Positions 41,001 to 53,100 of a stretch of 64,000 bases of DNA are shown here, piece after piece. How positions within the stretch are numbered: position 1 is the first letter of the stretch; every line of letters starts with the position of its first letter. The stretch is from contig OZ024741.1 of assembly GCA_964016885.1 (NCBI GenBank), positions 5,456,001-5,520,000 of the forward strand, given 5' to 3'. The position numbers and the translations under genes were made by a program. The notes beneath the pieces are model-generated. The model saw nothing but the letters and a program-made list of their open reading frames with translations, made no database searches and was not told the DNA's origin. The stretch is from Eledone cirrhosa (taxonomy: Eukaryota).

Positions 41001-44000
41001 TCCACTTGAGGAGGTTATTACAGTGGTCCGTTTGAGGAGGTTATTACAGTGGTCCACTTGAGGTTATTACAGTGGTCCACTTGAGGAGGTTATTACAGTG
41101 GTCCACTTGAGGAGGTTATTAGAGTGGTCCACTTGAGGAGGTTATTACAGAGGTCCAATTGAGGAGGTTATTACAGTGGTCCACTTGAGGAGGTTATTAC
41201 AGTGGTCCAGTTGAGGTTATTACAGTGGTACACTAGAGGAGGTTATTACAGTGGTCCACTTGAGGTTATTACAGTGGTCCACTTGAGGAGGTTATTACAG
41301 TGGTCCACTTGAGGTTATTACAGTGGTCCACTTGAGGAGGCTATTACAGTGGTCCACTTGAGGTTATTACAGTGGTCCACTTGAGGAGGTTATTACAGTG
41401 GTCCACTTGAGGTTATTACAGTGGTCCACTTGAGGAGGTTATTACAGTGGTCCAATTGAGGAGGTTATTACAGTGGTCCACTTGAGGTTATTACAGTGGG
41501 CCACTAGAGGAGGTTATTACAGTGGTCCACTTGAGGTTATTACAGTGGTCCACTTGAGGAGGCTATTACAGTGGTCCACTTGAGGAGGTTATTACAGTGG
41601 TCCACTTGAGGAGGTTATTACAGTAGTCCACTTGAGGTGGTTATTACAGTGGTCCACTTGAGGTGGTTATTACAGTGGTCCACTTGAGGAGGCTATTACA
41701 GTGGTCCACTTGAGGAGGTTATTACAGTGGTCCACTTGAGGTTATTACAGTGGTCCACTTGAGGTTATTATAGTGGTTCACTTGAGGAGGCTATTACAGT
41801 GGTCCACTTGAGGTTATTACAGTGGTCCACTTGAGCAGGTTATTACAGTGGTCCACTTGAGAAGGCTATTACAGTGGTCCACTTGAGAAGGTTATTACAG
41901 TGGTCCACTTGAGGTTATTACAGTGGACCATTTGAGGAGGTTATTACAGTGCTCCACTTGAGGAGGTTATTACAGTGGTCCACTTGAGGAGGTTATTACA
42001 GTGGTCCACTTGAGGAGGTTATTACAGTGGTCCACTTGAGGAGGTTATTACAGTGGTCCACTTGAGGTGGCTATTACAGTGGTTCACTTGAGGTTATTAC
42101 ATTGGTCCAATTGAGGAGGTTATTACAGTGGTCCACTTGAGGTTATTACAATGGTCCAATTGAGGAGGTTATTACAGTGGTCCACTTGAGGAGGCTATTA
42201 CAATGGTCCACTTGAGGTTATTACAGTGGTCCACTTGAGGAGGTTAATACAGTGGTCCACTTGAGTTTATTACAGTGGTCCACTTGAGGAGGCTATTACA
42301 GTGGTCCACTTGAATAGGTTATTACAGTGGTCCACTTGAGGTTATTACAGTGGTCCACTTGTGGAGGCTATTACAGTGGTCCACTTGAGGTTATTACAGT
42401 GGTCCACTTGAGGAGGTTATTACAGTGGTCCACTTGAGGTTATTACAGTGGTCCACTTGAGGAGGCTATTACAGTGGTCCATTTGAGGTTATTACAGTGG
42501 TCCACTTGAGGAGGTTATTACAGTGGTCCCCTTGAGGTTATTACAGTGGTCCACTTGAGGTTATTACAGTTGTCCACTTGATGTTATTACAGTGGTCCAC
42601 TTGAGGAGGCTATTACAGTGGTCCACTTGAGGTTATTACAGTGATCCACTTGAGGAGGTTATTACAGTGGTCCACTTGAGGTTATTACAGTGATCCACTT
42701 GAGGTTATTACAGTGGTCCACTTGAGGAGGCTATTACAGTGGTCCACTTGAGGTTATTACAGTTGTCCACTTGAGGAAGCTATTACAGTGGTCCACTTGA
42801 GGTTATTACAGTGGTCCACTTGAGGAGGCTATTACAGTGGTCCACTTGATGTTATTACAGTGGTCCACTTGTGGAGGTTATTACAGTGGTCCACTTGAGG
42901 GGGCTATTACAGTGGTCCACTTGAGAAGGTTATTACAGTGGTCCACTTGAGGTTATTACAGTGGTCCACTTGAGGAGTTTATTACAGTGGTCCACTTGAG
43001 GGGTTATTACAGTGGTCCACTTGAGAAGGTTATTACAGTGGTCCACTTGAGGAGGTTATTACAGTGGTCCACTTGATGTTATTACAGTGGTCCACTTGAG
43101 GAGGCTATTACATTGGTCCACTTGAGGAGGTTATTACAGTGGTCCACTTGAGGAGGCTATTACAGTGGTCTACTTGAGGTTATTACAGTGGTCCACTTGA
43201 GGGGGTTATTACAGTGGTTCCACTTGAGGTTATTACAGTGGTCCACTTGAGGAGGTTATTACAGTGGTCCAATTGAGGAGGTTATTACAGTGGTCCACTT
43301 GAGGTTATTACAGTGGACCAATTGAGGAGGTTATTACAGTGGTCCGCTTGAGGAGGTTATTACAGTGGTCCACTTGAGGTTATTACAGTGGTCCACTTGA
43401 GGAGGTTATTACAGTGGTCCACTTGAGGTTATTACAGTGGTCCACTTGAGGAGGTTATTACAGTGGTCCGTTTGAGGAGGTTATTACAGTGGTCCACTTG
43501 AGGTTATTACAGTGGTCCACTTGAGGAGGTTATTAAAGTGGTCCAATTGAGGAGGTTATTACAGTGGTCCACTTGAGGAGGTTATTACAGTGGTCCACTT
43601 GAGGAGGTTATTACAGTGGTCCAATTGAGGAGGTTATTACAGTGGTCCACTTGAGGAGGTTATTACAATGGTCCAGTTGAGGTTATTACAGTGGTACAAT
43701 AGAGGAGGTTTTTACAGTGGTCCACTTGAGGTTATTACAGTGGTCCACTTGAGGAGGTTATTACAGTGGTCCACTTGAGGTTATTACAGTGGTCCACTTG
43801 AGGAGGCTATTACAGTGGTCCACTTGAGGTTATTACAGTGGTCCACTTGAGGAGGTTATTACAGTGGTCCACTTGAGGTTATTACAGTGGTCCACTTGAG
43901 GAGGTTATTACAGTGGTCCAATTGAGGAGGTTATTACAGTGGTCCACTTGAGGTTATTACAGTAGGCCACTAGAGGAGGTTATTACAGTGGTCCACTTGA

Positions 44001-47000
44001 GGTTATTACAGTGGTCCACTTGAGGAGGCTATTACAGTGGTCCACTTGAGGAGGTTATTACAGTGGTCCACTTGAGGAGGTTATTACAGTAGTCCACTTG
44101 AGGTGGTTATTACAGTGGTCCACTTGAGGTGGTTATTACAGTGGTCCACTTGAGGAGGCTATTACAGTGGTCCACTTGAGGAGGTTATTACAGTGGTCCA
44201 CTTGAGGTTATTACAGTGGTCCACTTGAGGTTATTATAGTGGTCCACTTGAGGAGGCTATTACAGTGGTCCACTTGAGGTTATTACAGTGGTCCACTTGA
44301 GGAGGCTATTAAAGTGGTCCACTTGAGGTTATTACAGTGATCCACTTGAGGAGGCTATTACAGTGGTCCACTTGAGGTTATTTCAGTGATCCACTTGAGG
44401 AGGTTATTACAGTGGTCCACTTGAGGTTATTACAGTGGTCCACTTGAGGTTATTACAGTGGTCCACTTGAGGGGGCTATTACAGTGGTCCACTTGAGAAG
44501 GTTATTACAGTGGTCAAGTTGAGGTTATTACAGTGGTCCCCTTGAGGAGGCTATTACAGTGGTCCACTTGAGAATGCTATTACAGTGGTCCACTTGAGGT
44601 TATTACAGTGGTCCACTTGAGAATGCTATTACATTGTCCACTTGAGAAGGTTATTACAGTGGTCCACTTGAGGTTATTACAGTGGACCATTTGAGGAGGT
44701 TATTACAGTGCTCCACTTGAGGAGGTTATTACAGTGATCCACTTGAGGAGGCTATTACAGTGGTCCACTTGAGGAGGTTATTACAGTGGTCCACTTGAGG
44801 AGGTTATTACAGTGGTCCACTTGAGGTGGCTATTACAGTGGTTCACTTGAGGTTATTACAGTGGTCCAATTGAGGAGGTTATTACAGTGGTCCACTTGAG
44901 GTTATTACAGTGGTCCAATTGAGGAGGTTATTACAGTGGTCCACTTGAGGAGGCTATTACAGTGGTCCACTTGAGGTTATTACAGTGGTCCACTTGAGGA
45001 GGTTAATACAGTGGTCCACTTGAGGTTATTACAGTGGTCCACTTGAGGAGGCTATAACAGTGGTCCACTTGAGGAGGTTATTACAGTGGTCCACTTGAGG
45101 TTATTACAGTGGTCCACTTGTGGAGGCAATTACAGTGGTCCACTTGAGGTTATTACAGTGGTCCACTTGAGGAGGTTATTACAGTGGTCCACTTGAGGTT
45201 ATTACAGTGGTCCAATTGAGGAGGCTATTACAGTGGTCCACTTGAGGTTATTACAGTGGTCCACTTGAGGAGGTTATTACAGTGGTCCACTTGAGGTTAT
45301 TATAGTAGTCCACTTGAGGAGGCTATTACAGTGGTCCACTTGAGAAGGTTATTACAGTGGTCCACTTGAGGTTATTACAGTGGACCATTTGAGGAGGTTA
45401 TTACAGTGGTCCAATTGAGGAGGTTATTACAGTGGTCCACTTGAGGTTATTACAGTGGTCCACTTGAGGAGGTTATTACAGTGGTCCACTTGAGGTTATT
45501 ACAGTGTTCCACTTGAGGTGGTTACTACAGTGGTCCATTTGAGGAGGTTATTACAGTGGTCCACTTGAGGTTATTACAGTGGTCCACTTGAGGAGGCTAT
45601 TACAGTGGTCCACTTAAGGTTATTAAAGTGGTCCACTTGAGGAGGTTATTACAGTGGCCCACTTGAGGAGGTTATTACAGTGGTCCACTTGAGGCTATTA
45701 CAGTGGTCCACTTGAGGAGGCCATTACAGTGGTCCACTTGAGGTTATTACAGTGGTCCACTTGAGGAGGTTATTACAGTGGTCCACTTGAGGTTATTACA
45801 GTGGTCCACTTGAGGAGGTTATTACAGTGGTCCAATTGAGAAGGGTATTACAGTGGTCCACTTGAGGAGGCTATTACAGTGGTCCACTTGAGAAGGTTAT
45901 TACAGTGGCCCACTTGAGGTTATTACAGTGGTCCACTTGAGGATGTTTTTAGAGTTGTCCACTTGAGGAGGTTATTACAGTGGTCCAATTGAGAAGGTTA
46001 TTACAGTGGTCCACTTTAGGTCATTCCAGTGGTCCACTTGAGGTGGTTATTACAGCGGTCCACTTGAGATTATTAAAGTAGTCCAATTGAGGTTATTACA
46101 GTGGTCCACTTGAGGTTATTACAGTGGTCCACTTGAGGTTATTACAGTGGTCCACTTGTAGAGGTTATTACAGTGGTGCACTTCAGGTTATTACAGTGGT
46201 CCACATGAGGATTTTATTACAGTGGTCCACTTGAGGTGGCTATTACAGTGGTCCACTTGAGGAGGTTATTACAGTGGTCCACTTGAGGTTATTACAGTGG
46301 TCCACTTGAGGTTATTACAGTGGTCCACTTGAGAAGGTTATTACAGTGGTCCACTTGAGGAGGTTATTACAGTGGTCCACTTGGGGAGGTTATTACAGTG
46401 GTCCACTTGAGGAGGCTATTACAGTGGTCCACTTGAGGTTATTACAGTGGTCCACTTGAGGAGGTTATTACAGTGGTCCACTTGAGGAGGTTATTACAGT
46501 GGTCCACTTGAGGAGGTTATTACAGTGGTCCACTTGAGGAGGCTATTACAGTGGTCCACTTGAGGTTATTACAGTGGTCCACTTGAGGAGGTTATTACAG
46601 TGGTCCACTTGAGGAGGTTATTACAGTGGTCCACTTGAGGTTAATACAGTGGTCCACTTGAGGAGGTTATTACAGTGGTCCACTTGAGGATATTACAGTG
46701 GTCCATTTGAGGAGGTTATTACAGTGGTCCACTTGAGGAGGTTATTACAGTGGTCCACTTGATGTTATTACAGTGGTCCACTTGTAGAGGTTATTACAGT
46801 GGTGCACTTCAGGTTATTACAGTGGTCCACATGAGGATTTTATTACAGTGGTCCACTTGAGGTAGCTATTACAGTGGTCCACTTGAGGTGGTTATTACAG
46901 TGGTCCACTTTAGGTTATTACAGTGGTCCACCTGAGGTTATTACAGTGGTCCACTTGAGGAGGTTATTACAGTGGTCCACTTCAGGTTATTACAGTGGTG

Positions 47001-50000
47001 CACTTGAGGAGCCTATTACAGTGGTCCACTTGAGGTTATTAAAGTGGTCCACTTGAGGAGGTTATTACAGTGGTCCACTTGAGGTTATTACAGTGGTCCA
47101 CGTGAGGAGGCTATTACAGTGGTCCACTTGAGGTGGTTATTACAGTGGAACACTTGAGGAGGCTATTACAGTGGTCCACTTGAGGTTATTACAGTGGTCC
47201 ACTTGAGGAGGCTATTAAAGAGGTCCACTTGAGGTTATTACAGTGGTCTTCTTGATGTTATTACAGTGGTCCACTTGAAGTTATTACAGTGGTCCACTTG
47301 AGGAGGCTATTACAGAGGTCCACTTGAGATTATTACGGTGGTCCACTTGAGGAGGTTATTACAGTGGTCCATTTAAGGAGGTTATTACAGTGGTCCACTT
47401 GAGGAGACTATTACAGTGGTCCACTTGAGGAGGTTATTACAGTGGTCCACTTGAGGAGGTTATTACAGTGGTCCACTTGAGGTTATTACAGTGGTCCAAT
47501 TGAGAAGGTTATTACAGTGGTCCACTTGAGGAGGCTATTACAGTGGTCCACTTGAGGAGGTTATTACAGTGGTCCATTTGAGCTCATTACAGTGGTCCAC
47601 TTGAGGAGGTTATTACAGTGGTCCACTTGAGGAGGTTATTACAGTGGTCCACTTGAGTTTATTACAGTGGTCCACTTGAGGAGGCTATTACAGTGGTCCA
47701 CTTGAGTTTATTACAGTGGTCCACTTGAGGAGGCTATTACAGTGGTCCATTTGAGGTTATTACAGTGGTCCACTTGAGGAGGTTATTACACTGGTCCACT
47801 TGAGGTTATTACAGTGGTCCACTTGAGGTTATTACAGTGGTCCACTTGAGGAGGCTATTACAGTGGTCCACTTGAGGTTATTACAGTGAGCCACTTGGGG
47901 AGGTTATTACAGTGGTCCACTTGAGGTTATTACAGTGGTCCACTTGAGGTTATTACAGTGGTCCACTTGAGGAGGCTATTACAGTGGTCCACTTTAGGTT
48001 ATTACAGTTGTCCACTTGAGGAAGCTATTACAGTGGTCCACTTGAGGAGGCTATTACAGTGGTCCACTTGAGGTTATTACAGTGGTCCACTTGAGGTTAT
48101 TACAGTGGTCCACTTGAGGAGGCTATTACAGTGGTCCACTTGATGTTATTACAGTGGTCCACTTGTGGAGGTTATTACAGTGGTCCACTTGAGGTTATTA
48201 CAGTGGTCGACTTGAGGTTATTACAGTGGTCCACTTGAGGGGGCTATTACAGTGGTCCACTCGAGAAGGTTGTTACAGAGGTCCACTTGAGGTTATTACA
48301 GTGGTCCACTTGAGGAGTTTATTACAGTGGTCCACTTGAGGAGTTATTACAGTGGTCCACTTGAGAAGGTTATTACAGTGGTCCACTTGAGGAGGTTATT
48401 ACAGTGGTCCACTTGATGTTATTACAGTGGTCCACTTGAGGAGGCTATTACAGTGGTCCACTTGAGGAGGTTATTACAGTGGTCCACTTGAGGAGGCTAT
48501 TACAGTGGTCTACTTGAGGTTATTACAGTGGTCCACTTGAGGGGGTTATTACAGTGGTCCACTTGAGGTTATTACAGTGGTCCACTTGAGGAGGTTATTA
48601 CAGTGGTCCAATTGAGGAGGTTATTACAGTGGTCCACTTGAGGTTATTACAGTGGACCAATTGAGGAGGTTATTACAGTGGTCCAATTGAGGAGGTTATT
48701 ACAGTGGTCCACTTGAGGAGGTTATTACAGTAGTCCACTTGAGGAGGTTATTACAGTGGTCCAGTTGAGGTTATTACAGTGGTACACTAGAGGTGGTTAT
48801 TACAGTGGTCCACTTGAGGTTATTACAGTGGTCCACTTGAGGAGGTTATTACAGTGGTCCACTTGAGGTTATTACAGTGGTCCACTTGAGGAGGTTATTA
48901 CAGTGGTCCACTTGATGTTATTACAGTGGTCCACTTGAGGAGGTTATTACAGTGGTCCGTTTGAGGAGGTTATTACAGTGGTCCACTTGAGGTTATTACA
49001 GTGGTCCACTTGAGGAGGTTATTACAGTGGTCCAATTGAGGAGGTTATTACAGTGGTCCACTTGAGGAGGTTATTACAGTAGTCCACTTGAGGAGGTTAT
49101 TACAGTGGTCCAGTTGAGGTTATTACAGTGGTACACTAGAGGTGGTTATTACAGTGGTCCACTTGAGGTTATTACAGTGGTCCACTTGAGGAGGTTATTA
49201 CAGTGGTCCACTTGAGGTTATTACAGTGGTCCACTTGAGGAGGCTATTACAGTGGTCCACTTGAGGTTATTACAGTGGTCCTCTTGAGGAGGTTATTACA
49301 GTGGTCCACTTGAGGTTATTACAGTGGTCCACTTGAGGAGGTTATTACAGTGGTCCACTTGAGGTTATTACAGTGGTCCACTTGAGGTTATTACAGTGGG
49401 CCACTAGAGGAGGTTATTACAGTGGTCCACTTGAGGTTATTACAGTGGTCCACTTGAGGAGGCTATTACAGTGGTCCACTTGAGGTGCTTATTACAGTGG
49501 TCCACTTGAGGAGGTTATTACAGTGGTCCACTTGAGGAGGTTATTACAGTGGTCCAATTGAGAAGGTTATTACAGTGGTCCACTTGAGGTGGTTATTACA
49601 GTGGTCCACTTGAGGAGGCTATTACAGTGGTCCACTTGAGGAGGTTATTACAGTGGTCCACTTGAGGTTATTACAGTGGTCCACTTGAGGTTATTATAGT
49701 GGTCCACTTGAGGAGGCTATTACAGTGGTCCACTTGAGGTTATTACAGTGGTCCACTTGAAGAGGCTATTAAAGTGGTCCACTTGAGGTTATTACAGTGA
49801 TCCACTTGAGGAGGCTATTACAGTGGTCCACTTGAGGTTATTTCAGTGATCCACTTGAGGAGGTTATTACAGTGGTCCACTTGAGGTTATTACAGTGGTC
49901 CACTTGAGGTTATTACAGTGGTCCACTTGAGGGGACTATTACAGTGGTCCACTTGAGAAGTTTATTACAGTGGTCCACTTGAGAAGGTTATTACAGTGGT

Positions 50001-50163
50001 CCCCTTGAGGTTATTACAGTGGTCCACTTGAGGTTATTACATTGGTCCACTTGAGGAGGTTATTACAGTGGTCCACTTGAGAAGGCTATTACAGTGGTCC
50101 ACTTGAGAAGGTTATTACAGTGGTCCCCTTGAGGTTATTACAATGGTCCACTTGAGGTTATTA
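38017..50163 (+). repeat. Higher-order duplication, 12,147-bp unit, copy 2
   Basis: Colinear with 25870-38016 at a constant offset at all markers checked. Homology ends by ~50217 (GTGTTCC versus GTGGTCC). Confidence 0.93.
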
Positions 50164-53100
50164 CAGTGGTCCACTTGAGGAGGTTATTACAGTGGTCCAC
50201 TTGAGGTTATTACAGTGTTCCACTTGAGGTGGTTACTACAGTGGTCCACTTGAGGAGGTTATTACAGTGGTCCACTTGAGGTTATTACAGTGGTCCACTT
50301 GAGGAGGCTATTACAGTGGTCCACTTAAGGTTATTACAGTGGTCCACTTGAGGAGGATATTACAATGGCCCACTTGAGGAGGTTATTACAGTGGTCCACT
50401 TGAGGCTATTACAGTGGTCCACTTGAGGAGGCCATTACAGTGGTCCACTTAAGGTTATTACAGTGGTCCACTTGAGGAGGCTATTACAGCGGTCCACTTG
50501 AGGTTATTACAGTGGTCCACTTGAGGAGGTTATTACAGTGGTCCACTTGAGGTTATTACAGTGGTCCACTTGAGGAGGCTATTACAGTGGTCCACTTGAG
50601 AAGGTTATTACAGTGGCCCACTTGAGGTTATTACAGTGGTCCACTTGAGGTTACTACAGTGGTCCACTTGAGGAGGTTATTACAGTGGTCCACTTGAGGT
50701 TATTACAGTGGTCCACTTGAGGAGGTTATTACAGTGGTCCACTTGAGGTTATTACAGTGGTCCACTTGAGGAGGCTATTACAGCGGTCCACTTGAGGTTA
50801 TTACAGTGGTCCACTTGAGGAGGTTATTACAGTGGTCCACTTGAGGTTATTACAGTGGTCCACTTGAGGAGGCTATTACAGTGGTCCACTTGAGAAGGTT
50901 ATTACAGTGGCCCACTTGAGGTTATTACAGTGGTCCACTTGAGGTTATTACAGTGGTCCACTTGAGGAGGTTATTACAGTGGTCCACTTGAGGTTATTAC
51001 AGTGGTCCACTTGAGGAGGCTATTACAATGGTCCACTTGAGGTTATTACAGTGGTCCACTTGAGGAGGTTATTACAGTGGTCCACTTGGGGAGGTTATTA
51101 CAGTGGTCCACTTGAGGAGGCTATTACAGTGGTCCACTTGAGGTTATTACAGTGGTCCACTTGAGGAGGTTATTACAGTGGTCCACTTGAGGAGGCTATT
51201 ACAGTGGTCCACTTGAGGTTATTACAGTGGTCCACTTGAGGAGGTTATTACAGTGGTCCACTTGGGGAGGTTATTACAGTGGTCCACTTGAGGAGGCTAT
51301 TACAGTGGTCCACTTGAGGTTATTACATTGGTCCACTTGAGGAGGGTATTACAGTGGTCCACTTGGGGAGGTTATTACAGTGGTCCACTTGAGGAGGCTA
51401 TTACAGTGGTCCACTTGAGGTTATTACAGTGGTCCACTTGAGGAGGTTATTACAGTGGTCCACTTGAGGTTAATACAGTGGTCCACTTGAGGAGGTTATT
51501 ACAGTGGTCCACTTGAGGTTATTACAGTTGTCCATTTGAGGAGGTTATTACAGTGGTCCACTTGAGGAGGTTATTACAGTGGTCCACTTCAGGTTATCAC
51601 AGTGGTCCACTTGTAGAGGTTATTACAGTGGTGCACTTCAGGTTATTACAGTGGTCCACATGAGGATTTTATTACAGTGGTCCACTTGAGGTAGCTATTA
51701 CAGTGGTCCACTTGAGGAGGTTATTACAGTGGTCCACTTTAGGTTATTACAGTGGTCCACCTGAGGTTATTACAGTGGTCCACTTGAGGAGGTTATTACA
51801 GTGGTCCACTTCAGGTTATTACAGTGGTGCACTTGAGGAGCCTATTACAGTGGTCCACTTGAGGTTATTAAAGTGGTCCACTTGAGGAGGTTATTACAGT
51901 GGTACATTTTAGGTGGCTATTACAGTGGTCCACTTGAGGAGGTTATTACAGTGGTCCACTTGAGGAGGTTATTACAGTGGTCCACTTGAGGTTATTACAG
52001 TGGTCCACGTGAGGACGCTATTACAGTGGGTGGTCCACTTGAGGTGGCTATTACAGTGGTCCACTTGAGGTTATTACAGTGGTCCAATTGAGAAGGTTAT
52101 TACAGTGGTCCACTTGAGGAGGCTATTACAGTGGTCCACTTGAGGAGGTTATTACAGTGGTCCATTTGAGCTCATTACAGTGGTCCACTTGAGGAGGTTA
52201 TTACAGTGGTCCACTTGAGGAGGTTATTACAGTGGTCCACTTGAAGTTATTACAGTGGTCCACGTGAGGAGGCTATTACAGTGGTCCACTTGAGGTGGCT
52301 ATTACAGTGGTCCACTTGACGAGGTTATTACAGTAGTCCACTTGAGGAGGCTATTACAGTGGTCCACTTGAGGAGGCTATTACAGTGGTCCACTTGAGGT
52401 TATTACAGTGGTCCACTTGAGGAGGTTATTACAGTGGTCCACTTGAGGTTATTACAGTGTTCCACTTGAGGTGGTTACTACAGTGGTCCACTTGAGGAGG
52501 TTATTACAGTGGTCCACTTGAGGAGGCTATTACAGTGGTCCACTTGAGGTTATTTCAGTGATCCACTTGAGGAGGTTATTACAGTGGTCCACTTGAGGTT
52601 ATTACAGTGGTCCACTTGAGGGGGTTATTACAGTGGTCCACTTGAGAAGGTTATTACAGTGGTCAAGTTGAGGTTATTACAGTGATCCCCTTGAGGAGGC
52701 TATTACAGTGGTCCACTTGAGGAGGTTATTACAGTGGTCCACTTGAGAAGGCTATTACAGTGGTCCACTTGAGAAGGTTATTACAGTGGTCCACTTGAGG
52801 TTATTACAGCGGACCATTTGAGGAGGTTATTACAGTGGTCCAATTGAGGAGGTTATTACAGTGGTCCACTTGAGGTTATTACAGTGGTCCACTTGAGGAG
52901 GTTATTACAGTGGTCCACTTGAGGTTATTACAGTGTTCCACTTGAGGTGGTTACTACAGTGGTCCACTTGAGGAGGTTATTACAGTGGTCCACTTGAGGT
53001 TATTACAGTGGTCCACTTGAGGAGGCTATTACAGTGGTCCACTTAAGGTTATTAAAGTGGTCCACTTGAGGAGGTTATTACAGTGGCCCACTTGAGGAGG

